This document shows, piece by piece, positions 8,369 to 16,299 of a DNA stretch of 36,094 bases (positions are counted from its first letter, which is position 1; every line of letters begins with the position of its first letter). The DNA comes from a candidate division WOR-3 bacterium (GTDB lineage Bacteria > Hydrothermota > Tepidihabitantia > Tepidihabitantales > Tepidihabitantaceae), in NCBI GenBank assembly GCA_039801225.1, contig JBDRUH010000013.1, forward strand, positions 1 through 36,094, read 5' to 3'. The notes under the pieces were generated by a model. That model was given only the letters and a program-made list of their open reading frames with translations, searched no databases and was not told the origin of the DNA. The translations under genes and the position numbers were made by a program.

Positions 8369-10642
8369 TCACTTTGTTACCAACAGTTTTGCGGTTTCTT
8401 CCGCTAAATTAATTGAAGTTTTGGTCTTGAATTGGAGTCGGACAAAATAGACGCCGGCGGAGAGTCTCTCTTCATCAAGGCGGAATCTTCTCTCATAACT
8501 GCCCGCTTCCTGCTTGCCATTAAATAAAGTTTTCACCAATCTGCCGGTTACATCAAACACGCTAAGCGATACTTGAGACCGTTCTGGGAGGTTGTAACGG
8601 ATAACACTCAAATCCACCAATGGGTTGGGAAAGATATTGAGTAGCGACCGGGCTGGTTTTGTGTTTCTATTCTCAGCGAGACCGAATAGGCTGTCGTTTC
8701 TTGCCATAAATGTCGGGTTCATCAGGGTAAAAGAGCCAACTCCGTTTGGATACCGTCCAAAACTAATGTCAGCAGTTTGCGGACCAAAAACTACCTGGTC
8801 CAATCTATGTCCGTCTGGGTCTATTAGAATGAGGTGCTCACCATTTTTATTCAAAGTAAAACTGGCGTGCAACCCGGGTTCGGAAACCTCACCATCTGCC
8901 CAGACAATCAGATACCATCCTGCCGGAATTGTTACATCAGGGAATTCCCACTGGTAGGGGTTGAGCGAATCGTCACTTAGAAAATAACCATCAAGGGAAA
9001 CTGGAGTTGGGTTGTTGTTGAACAATTCAATCCAGTCCTCATACTCGCCATTAGGGTCGCGGGCAGTTCGGACATTGTCCGCCATAATCTCGTTGATAAC
9101 CACCTGACCAGCAACCGGCAGTATCAGGAATTCATGCTCGGCACGCTCGGGATAAAACGAACCCGCAGAGGAGTTTTCGGCATAAATATAATAATGACAT
9201 TCACCCGGACCTAAATTAACCGAAACGCCATAAACCCCATCACCTGCTGTCCCATCGTTGTGCTGACCATCATCAAACATCGGGATGGAGTAAAACTTAA
9301 GAGCAGGATTCTGCCGGTAATTGAGAAAGACCGAGTCTGAACCAGTAACCTGGGCACTGAAATCAACCGTTGTATTGGGTGCAGGCTGGGCAGGTGAACA
9401 GGAAACATCTTCAATCACCGGTGCGGTTGCTTGAAATTCAGGCAAAGAAAGAAGAAAATTGACCCTTGGGTTCATAAGTTCGGTTAAACCTACAATCGCT
9501 AAAGGACCTGAGCCAACCGACCGGGTAATGTTGTTCAAAAAGTCATTATAGGTATAAAACTTGTTCGGGTCAGCCTGGACATAAGAGTCAATCAACTCCT
9601 GAATCTCTTCTGCCCGCTCCTGATAACGATTGTTCGTGAACCAGTCGCTGATGATGGTCTTCATATGGGCAACAAACATTCTGCGATACCTCGGGTTGGA
9701 TAAAACTTTGCTGAGAATCGGATAGTTTGGGTCGTTCAGGCGCAGAAAGGGGTCAAGTTGCTGCATCTGGCTTAATGTCAACTGACCGGTGCCAATCAAA
9801 TCCCGGAATGCCCCGAAGTTCTCATTCAAATCCCAGATGATGGGATTGAATCGGGCTGAGGCATCGCGGTAGAGATAGAAGTTCTGCGCCATATTTATCG
9901 GCGCATCCAGATTGACCATCAGAATGTCAAATGCCAGCATCCAGAGATGCTGGTCAATATTCAACACCTTTTCGGTATAAGGAGTGAAGTTATTAAGCGT
10001 ATCAAGGAAATCAATCAGTTTATCCCAGCCCGAGTCTGATTCCAGTTCAAAATAGTCAAGGTATGGGACTGAGTCCGGACCCAAATACTTCCAACCAATC
10101 ATTGGTACATTGTCCTTCATCTGGCCCTTGAACCGAGCATTCTCATCACAGTAGTAATGTTGACGCATAAATAGTTTATCCACATCCTCGCAGTTTGTGT
10201 AAAGTCCGATAAGGGTGTCATTAACATAGATATTGGCAAAGTTTGCTCTGCCAGCGGGCATATAGTCTCTGGCAATCTCGTAACTCAAAACTTCGCGCAC
10301 AAAACTGGGGTCCTTATAAACATTGGCAAGCCTGAGTGTGCCGTGCCCTTCAATTGTCTGACCGGCGATGATGTAATCCAGTTTGATATTGAACGGATTC
10401 TTGCGCCTAGATGGATTATAGGAACTTTTCCCTTTGTATCTCACACCAACCGAGTCAAAGCGCCGGTTATTGATAACCGCATCACCTATCAGCCTGCCCT
10501 TTTCACCTGCCGAATAAAGGCTGTCAAGAATTTCATCCCAGTTGGGCTGGTCAAAATAAAGCCTAATTTCGTTAATCTGGTTTAAGTCAAAAAAGCCTGC
10601 TATCACTACTGAAAACACCAGTAGAAGTCCGCACCTTTTCAT
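8369..10642 (-). CDS. CotH-family kinase with lamin-tail domain and T9SS-like CTD
   Basis: CotH motifs VGVRYKGKSS, PFNIKLD, REVLSYEI, GLYTNCEDVD, NFYLY, IIWDLN; MFDDGQHNDGTAGDGVYG loop; LTD VINEIMADN...DWIELFN; CTD FPNP...VFDVTGRLV...GVYF. Confidence 0.88.
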   Translation of the reverse strand: MKRCGLLLVFSVVIAGFFDLNQINEIRLYFDQPNWDEILDSLYSAGEKGRLIGDAVINNRRFDSVGVRYKGKSSYNPSRRKNPFNIKLDYIIAGQTIEGHGTLRLANVYKDPSFVREVLSYEIARDYMPAGRANFANIYVNDTLIGLYTNCEDVDKLFMRQHYYCDENARFKGQMKDNVPMIGWKYLGPDSVPYLDYFELESDSGWDKLIDFLDTLNNFTPYTEKVLNIDQHLWMLAFDILMVNLDAPINMAQNFYLYRDASARFNPIIWDLNENFGAFRDLIGTGQLTLSQMQQLDPFLRLNDPNYPILSKVLSNPRYRRMFVAHMKTIISDWFTNNRYQERAEEIQELIDSYVQADPNKFYTYNDFLNNITRSVGSGPLAIVGLTELMNPRVNFLLSLPEFQATAPVIEDVSCSPAQPAPNTTVDFSAQVTGSDSVFLNYRQNPALKFYSIPMFDDGQHNDGTAGDGVYGVSVNLGPGECHYYIYAENSSAGSFYPERAEHEFLILPVAGQVVINEIMADNVRTARDPNGEYEDWIELFNNNPTPVSLDGYFLSDDSLNPYQWEFPDVTIPAGWYLIVWADGEVSEPGLHASFTLNKNGEHLILIDPDGHRLDQVVFGPQTADISFGRYPNGVGSFTLMNPTFMARNDSLFGLAENRNTKPARSLLNIFPNPLVDLSVIRYNLPERSQVSLSVFDVTGRLVKTLFNGKQEAGSYERRFRLDEERLSAGVYFVRLQFKTKTSINLAEETAKLLVTK

Positions 10643-10651
10643 AACATTACA

Positions 10652-11647
10652 TTATCTTTTCCTTCCACTCCGGTTTGATTTTTTCGGTGTTGGTGTAGGC
10701 ATAAACTCCCAATCTGCGCCACCATCAGGGATTCTGCCATATGATGTATCTGGATGCTGGGGACCAAAACTGATTGTATCTATTATCAGGGAATGAACAC
10801 CTTTAATTTCATATAGACCAATTTGCTCCCCTTTGGCTGCACCAAGGTTGAATGCGGCGTGCAACTGCCCCTCCTGAGGCTCATTGTCCGCCCAGACAAG
10901 AATAAAGCCCTTTGCCGGAATTGTTACATCAGGGAATCTCCATTTGTCCGGTATCGCAAGGTCATCGGTGAGGCTCATCCCTTTGAGATTAATTCCGGAA
11001 TCACTTCCATTGTAAATCTCAATCCAGTCATCGTAATCACCCGCCTCATCGGCAATCGTTGTCTGGTTTGACGCAATAAACTCGTTGATGAAAAGGATTC
11101 CCTTAAGGGTAGAAATACCTGAACAGTTGGGTTCGCCAGGGGTGGGGAAAGGTGTAATCCCCCAGGTGCCGCCATCAGGTAGCCTGCCAAAGGATGTGTC
11201 CCTTGCCTGCAAAGAATAGGTTAAGGTGTCAACTATTCCCAGTCGGTTGCCATCGGTCCAGTAAAGCCCAATCTGTTCGCCCGAGGCGTTAAGTTTGAAA
11301 GAGGTGTGTAACTTTCCCTCTTTAAACTCGCCATCACACCAGATTAAGAGATAGCCCTTTGCCGCAATAAAGGTATCAGGAAAGACCCATTTCATTGGCA
11401 CGGAAAGGTCATCGGTCAGATACATTGCCCGCAGACGAATTGCGCTATCCGCATCATTGTAAAGTTCCACCCAGTCATCGTAATCACCCGCCTCATCGGC
11501 AACTGTCCTGCGGTTTGATGCCATAAACTCGTTGATAAACAGAATGCCGGCAAGAGGCGCCTTGACCGGTGCTGCCGATTCCGCCCCGCAACCACCAGCA
11601 ATAATAAATATGCTTAATAAAGCCATCTGGAAAATGCGCTCCTTCAA
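10652..11647 (-). CDS. Lipoprotein with two tandem lamin-tail domains
   Basis: Lipobox-like IAGGC; two copies of LFINEFxASN...DEAGDYDDWxE...LTDDL...SxGRxPDG...PTP; TTG start after AGGAGG. Confidence 0.82.
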   Translation of the reverse strand: MKERIFQMALLSIFIIAGGCGAESAAPVKAPLAGILFINEFMASNRRTVADEAGDYDDWVELYNDADSAIRLRAMYLTDDLSVPMKWVFPDTFIAAKGYLLIWCDGEFKEGKLHTSFKLNASGEQIGLYWTDGNRLGIVDTLTYSLQARDTSFGRLPDGGTWGITPFPTPGEPNCSGISTLKGILFINEFIASNQTTIADEAGDYDDWIEIYNGSDSGINLKGMSLTDDLAIPDKWRFPDVTIPAKGFILVWADNEPQEGQLHAAFNLGAAKGEQIGLYEIKGVHSLIIDTISFGPQHPDTSYGRIPDGGADWEFMPTPTPKKSNRSGRKR

Positions 11648-11659
11648 ATTGCCTCCTTT

Positions 11660-12616
11660 CTAAAAACTCACCTGAGCCTGAAAAAGTCCTTTTATCCCCG
11701 GCGTCTTTGTTTCACCGAGTCCGGTTAAGAAGTTTGCCTTAATTTGAAACTGGGGGGCAGGGTGCCAGTTGAATCCTATGGTTAATTCGGTCAGAGAACC
11801 AACCGCACCTTTATGGTCCGGCACAATATGCTCCACTCGTAAACAGGGCTCAAACGCTTTTATCTGATAGCCGGCTTGAACATAACCACCAAGCATAAAA
11901 TCGCCGGGATGAGAATTGCCGGCAAGAACCTCACCATTAATCTGTGCCTGCCTGGACTTAAAGGAAAAATCGCCACCAAAGGCATTAATCAACCTGCCGG
12001 TTGCCGAATCATTCCGCTGGGTTGCGTTCAAGCCCAAAATCAGCCCGCGCAATACCCGGATGGTCAGACGCTCGGCAAACTGCTTGGCATTGTTGTCATC
12101 ACGCGCCAGCCTGCCCTTATTGCCATTGTAAGCACCAAGTGAGTATTCAATCGGCAGACGGTCGGTAAAAATTTTCCCCTCTATCGCCAGCCCGATATCC
12201 CTGCCAGGATAACGATAATCATTAAACATCTCGTTGGTCATTCCGCGTTCAATCAAGAGTAGCCGGTTTGCCGGTGTCAACTCCTCAAGGCTGAAGTTCA
12301 CCTTTCTTCTGCCGGCAAAAAGGATAAAACCGGGTGAAACCCGGTAATAGCCAAACGCATCCTTTATCTCTAAATTAAGTTCATCAGCACCGATTTCCAG
12401 TTCGGCACCAAACCGCGGTTGGGTGTATTCAGCCTTGAATCTTACTCGTCGGAGGATAAAACTGTATCTTGGATAAACCCCGGTGCGGAAATCAGAGATA
12501 AACTGGGTGTGAACATAACCACCGATTCCAGCTGCATCCCCCTTTTTGGCAAAAACTGGTGTCAGTAATATCAGGATTAAGAGCAGACAACAGAAAAAAC
12601 CTTTAGTTACTGGCAT
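11660..12616 (-). CDS. Outer-membrane porin, phosphate-selective porin O/P-like
   Basis: Signal peptide; GGYVHTQF, F-x-LRRVR, FSLEEL, RDIG motifs; amphipathic strands; C-terminal Phe (QAQVSF). Confidence 0.72.
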   Translation of the reverse strand: MPVTKGFFCCLLLILILLTPVFAKKGDAAGIGGYVHTQFISDFRTGVYPRYSFILRRVRFKAEYTQPRFGAELEIGADELNLEIKDAFGYYRVSPGFILFAGRRKVNFSLEELTPANRLLLIERGMTNEMFNDYRYPGRDIGLAIEGKIFTDRLPIEYSLGAYNGNKGRLARDDNNAKQFAERLTIRVLRGLILGLNATQRNDSATGRLINAFGGDFSFKSRQAQINGEVLAGNSHPGDFMLGGYVQAGYQIKAFEPCLRVEHIVPDHKGAVGSLTELTIGFNWHPAPQFQIKANFLTGLGETKTPGIKGLFQAQVSF

Positions 12617-12621
12617 TGATA

Positions 12622-12650
12622 ATTATAGAGAATCAGACTACTGTTGGCAA
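12622..12650 (-). promoter_or_regulatory. Sigma70-type promoter of the porin-CotH-VTC operon, probably leaderless
   Basis: Minus strand TTGCCA-17 nt-TATAAT, ATG 5 nt further on, no SD. Confidence 0.7.
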
Positions 12651-12742
12651 GATTTAAGCAAATCTGAACAGAAAGATTATCAATCATTTATAAAAATTGG
12701 ATACATAAATCTGAAAAATCCTGCGTCCCAAAACTAACAATA

Positions 12743-12976
12743 GGGATTTCTCGGCAGAGCCTGCCCGAACCAACTCCAATAAATCCTAATTTCAAAGCAC
12801 TAAATCCTAAACAATTTCTAATACCAAAATCCCAATTATTAAAACATCTTGGATTTAGAACATTAGAGCTTTGAATTTGTTTAGAATTTAGGATTTCGGA
12901 TTTAGAGTTTCTCCGAAGGAGAAGATTGCTTCCCCGATTCGGGTCGCAATGACACGAGGCGAGGGGCTCGAAATGA
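12743..12976. repeat. Composite nested palindromic repeat element
   Basis: GGGATTTCTCGGCAG...GCTCGAAATGA encloses AGCCTGCCCGAAC...GAGGCGAGGG, a ~130-bp heptamer-based inverted repeat (12781-12910) and GATTGCTTC-CCCGATTCGGG-TCGCAATGAC. Confidence 0.7.
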
Positions 12977-13009
12977 GAACGAAGGTGATGCTAATTGTTA
13001 TTTTGCTCT

Positions 13010-13852
13010 TTACACCTTGATAATTGTATTATCTATCAGCCTTGCCCTGCCAAAATAAACCGCCAAGGCGATAAGCACTTCACCCTTTATCACTTTTGCC
13101 GGTTCTAAATACCGGGTGTCAACAATCTCAATATAGTCAATTTTACCTTCAGACTCTTTCTGGATGAGGTGGCGCATTGCCCGTTTAACTTTTTCTGTAT
13201 TTCGCTCGCCTTTTTTGATAAGCCCCTCGGCCAGTTTTAAGGAGCGAAATAACACCGGGGCTTGAGTCCGCTGTTCTGGGGTAAGATAGCGATTACGCGA
13301 ACTCATTGCCAGACCATCTGGCTCGCGCACTGTTGGTACAATAACAATTTTAATGTCAAAGTTTAAATCCTTGACCATACGCTGAATCACCAGCGCCTGC
13401 TGGGCGTCCTTTTGTCCAAAGACGGCAATATCGGGTTTGACGATATTAAAAAGTTTTGCCACCACCGTTGTTACTCCGCGGAAATGACCAGGTCGGGACC
13501 GACCACACAAATACCGGGTTAATCTTTCCACTTCCACATAAGTATTGTAATCAGGTGGATACATCTCTCGGACATCCGGATAGAACACTACATCCACACC
13601 GGCATCTTTCAGTAACTTCAGATCGCCTTTAAAGTCGCGCGGATATCTAAGGTAGTCCTCTTTGGGTCCGAACTGTATTGGATTGACAAATATTGAGATT
13701 GCCACCCGCGGGCACATCTTTTTTGCCACGCTCACCAGTTGTAGGTGCCCCTGGTGGAGCGCACCCATCGTTGGTACAAATCCCAACTTTCCCTCCTGGC
13801 GGAGTTTTTCCGCCAGTTGCTGCATCCGGCTAACCGTTCTAACGACCCTCAT
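13010..13852 (-). CDS. panC: Pantoate--beta-alanine ligase
   Basis: GFVPTMGALHQGH, SIFVNPIQF, SRPGHFRGV, FGQKDAQQ, DGLAMSSRN, RLIDN; start moved to the ATG at 13852 (MRVVRT) because the longer ORF start lies inside panB. Confidence 0.96.
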   Translation of the reverse strand: MRVVRTVSRMQQLAEKLRQEGKLGFVPTMGALHQGHLQLVSVAKKMCPRVAISIFVNPIQFGPKEDYLRYPRDFKGDLKLLKDAGVDVVFYPDVREMYPPDYNTYVEVERLTRYLCGRSRPGHFRGVTTVVAKLFNIVKPDIAVFGQKDAQQALVIQRMVKDLNFDIKIVIVPTVREPDGLAMSSRNRYLTPEQRTQAPVLFRSLKLAEGLIKKGERNTEKVKRAMRHLIQKESEGKIDYIEIVDTRYLEPAKVIKGEVLIALAVYFGRARLIDNTIIKV

Positions 13853-14732
13853 CCCCTTCGGCTCCGTCATTCCGAGCCTGCCGAGGAATCCCTTTCGGGT
13901 CGCTCGGGGCAGGGCTGAAAAAGGTATGTTCTTTGTCGGGAAATCTACCGGAGCGGACATCAGCAACATAATTTTCTACCGCTTCTTGAATGAGGCGGGC
14001 AATTTCGGCATATCTTTTAACAAACTTAAATGGTGGTTCTTTAAACATTCCTATCATATCATGAAGAACCAAGATTTGACCGTCGCAGTCTGGTCCGGCA
14101 CCGATGCCGATTGTGGGAATGCGGAGCGTTTCAGTTACCCGGCGGGCAACCTCGGCCGGAATTTTCTCTAAGACCAAAGAAAAGCAACCCGCCCTTTCCA
14201 GTTTTTGGGCATCAGCGATTAGCCGCTCCTGCTCTTCTGCTCGCCGTGCCTGAAGACGATACCCGCCCAACTTATGTACCGCCTGGGGGGTCAGACCGAG
14301 ATGTCCCATCACCGGGATGCCGTAGTCAACCAGCCTTTCCACCATTTCTAAGATGGCGCTACCGGCACCTTCAATCTTTATCGCCTCTGCCCCGGCTTGC
14401 AAAAAACTACCGGCATTTTCTATAGTTTTTTCTATTGACACCTGGTAGGAAAGAAAAGGCATATCGGCAACGACCAGCGCCCGCTTCACGCCAGCAACAA
14501 CCGCCCGGGTATGATAGAGCATTTCCTCCATACCGATGGAGAGGGTGGTGGGTTTTCCGTAAACAACATTTGCCGCCGAATCACCAACCAATATCAAATC
14601 AACCCCGGCTTCGTCTAAAATTCGGGCGGTGGGAAAGTCGTAGGCGGTCAATGCGACAATCTTTTCCCTTTTTTCCTTCTTTTTGATAAGTTTTACCGTT
14701 GTTACCTTATCGGCAGAGAACTGATAAGACAT
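13839..14732 (-). CDS. panB: 3-methyl-2-oxobutanoate hydroxymethyltransferase
   Basis: LTAYD, LVGDS, VVADMPF, KIEG, GHLGLTPQ, IGIGAGPDCDGQILV; ~25-aa C-terminal extension. Confidence 0.96.
   Translation of the reverse strand: MSYQFSADKVTTVKLIKKKEKREKIVALTAYDFPTARILDEAGVDLILVGDSAANVVYGKPTTLSIGMEEMLYHTRAVVAGVKRALVVADMPFLSYQVSIEKTIENAGSFLQAGAEAIKIEGAGSAILEMVERLVDYGIPVMGHLGLTPQAVHKLGGYRLQARRAEEQERLIADAQKLERAGCFSLVLEKIPAEVARRVTETLRIPTIGIGAGPDCDGQILVLHDMIGMFKEPPFKFVKRYAEIARLIQEAVENYVADVRSGRFPDKEHTFFSPAPSDPKGIPRQARNDGAEGDEGR
13853..13916. repeat. Nested REP-like element inside the panB 3' end
   Basis: CCCTTCGGCTCC [GTCATTCCGAGCCTGCCGAGGAATCCC TTTCGGGTC] GCTCGGGGCAGGGCT. Confidence 0.7.
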
Positions 14733-14737
14733 TGTTG

Positions 14738-15403
14738 TTACCTCCTTCGTCGTGGGGAGTAAAACTTTCTACCTGAATGATGTTGAAGCATCGCTCGGAA
14801 AAGTTCTTCAAAATCATCATCTTCACCGATAAAATCCAGCCGGTCGGTATTTACAATTAAAACCGGTGCATCCTCGTAGTGGAAAAAAAATGAGTTGTAG
14901 AGGTTGGCCAGGCTCTTCACATATTCCGGGTCAATGTCGGCATCAAAATGTCTTCCCCGCTGACGGATCCGCGCCAGGAGTACCTCCACCTGCGCCTGGA
15001 GATATACTACTATATCCGGTTTAGGAATGTCTCCTTTCAACAGATCATAGATTCGATAATAAAGTGCCAATTCATTCTCAGTAAGATTTAGCGTGGCATA
15101 AATCCGGTCCTTGTCAAACAGATAGTCGCTCACCACTCCACCCGGCACCAAGGCGCCATCCACCAAAACCATCTCCACCTGAGACAGTTCTCTTAACTGC
15201 CGGTGCCTGGTGAGCAAGAAAAATAGTTGGGTCTGAAATGCAAAACTCCGGCTATCCCGATAAAACTTCTCCAAAAAAGGGTTTTCCTCAATCGCCTCTT
15301 TCACTAACCGCGCCTGTAACCGCCGGGCAAGGAGTTCAGCCAGTGCGGTCTTACCCACGCAAATCGGTCCCTCCACCGCAATATATTTCAAGCCCCGTTC
15401 CAT
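14738..15403 (-). CDS. Deoxynucleoside kinase (Dck/Dgk family)
   Basis: IAVEGPICVGKT P-loop, ENPFLEKFY, FQTQLFFL, PDIVVYL, RIRQRGR; usual folK-dNK-panB context. Confidence 0.92.
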   Translation of the reverse strand: MERGLKYIAVEGPICVGKTALAELLARRLQARLVKEAIEENPFLEKFYRDSRSFAFQTQLFFLLTRHRQLRELSQVEMVLVDGALVPGGVVSDYLFDKDRIYATLNLTENELALYYRIYDLLKGDIPKPDIVVYLQAQVEVLLARIRQRGRHFDADIDPEYVKSLANLYNSFFFHYEDAPVLIVNTDRLDFIGEDDDFEELFRAMLQHHSGRKFYSPRRRR

Positions 15404-15879
15404 TTTTTCACTCCTTTCTGAGAGACCCGGGCAAGCATCTCCTGGACTGTCAATCCTAAAACTGGGTGCCTTTTCTCGGGTGCCAGTTCACATAGCGGGA
15501 CAAGGACAAATGCCCGCTCCGGCAATCGGGGATGAGGCACAACCAAATCAGGCAGATTGATAACCGCATCGCCGTAAAAAAGAATATCAATATCTATCAT
15601 TCGTGGCAGTTTCTTTTCTACCGCTTTACTCGGGGGATTTCTCCCCAGTTTTTCTTCAATTTCCCGAGTAGCCCGAAGCAGCATAAGTGCAGATAAATCG
15701 GTCCAAATTCGCACCACACCATTTAAGAACTTAGGCGCAGGTAACATATCTACCGGTTCGGTCTCATACCAAGAGGAGCGTTCTAATGGTCCTATCTTCA
15801 CCAGTTCTATTAGTGCCCGAAAAAGGTTCTCCTCCCGGTTACCGAGATTGCTACCCAGACCCAGATATACTTCTGGCAC
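15388..15879 (-). CDS. folK: 6-hydroxymethyl-7,8-dihydropterin pyrophosphokinase
   Basis: YLGLGSNLG, YETEP, FLNGV, PRMIDIDIL, PHPRLPERAFVLVPL; GTG start. Confidence 0.95.
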   Translation of the reverse strand: MPEVYLGLGSNLGNREENLFRALIELVKIGPLERSSWYETEPVDMLPAPKFLNGVVRIWTDLSALMLLRATREIEEKLGRNPPSKAVEKKLPRMIDIDILFYGDAVINLPDLVVPHPRLPERAFVLVPLCELAPEKRHPVLGLTVQEMLARVSQKGVKKWNGA

Positions 15880-15886
15880 AAAATAT

Positions 15887-15914
15887 AGAGTAAAAAAATC
15901 TACAAGACTGTCAA
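15887..15914 (-). promoter_or_regulatory. Promoter of folK operon, probably leaderless
   Basis: Minus strand TTGACA-16 nt-TACTCT, GTG 7 nt further on. Confidence 0.55.
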
Positions 15915-15923
15915 TTATAGCTG

Positions 15924-16154
15924 TCAGCCTTCATCTCTCGGCTTTTCTGGAGAGATTTTGCGCACCTTTATCGCCCTTGGTCCTAATGGCGTTTCCTGCA
16001 ACTCAAACTCAACTAAATCTCCGGGCGCCAAAACCTTTATCTTTTTATCAATGATATCAAAATAATGGACGAATACATACTGGTTAGTCTCCTCTGACTT
16101 GATAAACCCGTAGCCTTTCTGGGGAGCAAACCACCTTATTCTACCTTTAAGCAT
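15924..16154 (-). CDS. Cold-shock domain protein
   Basis: KGRIRWF, KGYGFI (RNP1), VFVH (RNP2), GPRA; start at ATG 16154 after AGGAGG. Confidence 0.92.
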   Translation of the reverse strand: MLKGRIRWFAPQKGYGFIKSEETNQYVFVHYFDIIDKKIKVLAPGDLVEFELQETPLGPRAIKVRKISPEKPRDEG

Positions 16155-16220
16155 ATTATTCTCTCCTCCTCTCTTTTCAGACGACACCCAACAGCAGATT
16201 TAGCGTTTTCCATTTCATTT

Positions 16221-16248
16221 TTTATACCAGATTATTCTATGGTGTCAA
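16221..16248 (-). promoter_or_regulatory. Promoter of cold-shock gene
   Basis: Minus strand TTGACA-16 nt-TATAAA with TG one base upstream of the -10. Confidence 0.55.
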
Positions 16249-16273
16249 GGAATAGGTTTTTTTCATTTTGAAT

Positions 16274-16294
16274 GACGGAAGACCGAAGACGGCG
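16274..16294. repeat. Heptamer tandem repeat just past the lptD stop
   Basis: GACGGAA GACCGAA GACGGCG; related to the reverse complement of (CGGTCAT)n at 4-22. Confidence 0.45.
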
Positions 16295-16299
16295 GTGGG

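Noticed and set aside
12781..12910. Possible CRISPR array or RNA gene
   Set aside because: Period is 7 nt with no unique spacers or cas genes; no tRNA or rRNA signatures.
13853..13969. 39-aa N-terminal extension of PanC in the ORF track
   Set aside because: Overlaps panB and crosses the repeat element; PanC homology begins at MRVVRT (13852).
15631..15646. GGGATTTCTC in folK matching the start of repeat B
   Set aside because: Only 10 nt with no second arm; chance is likely.
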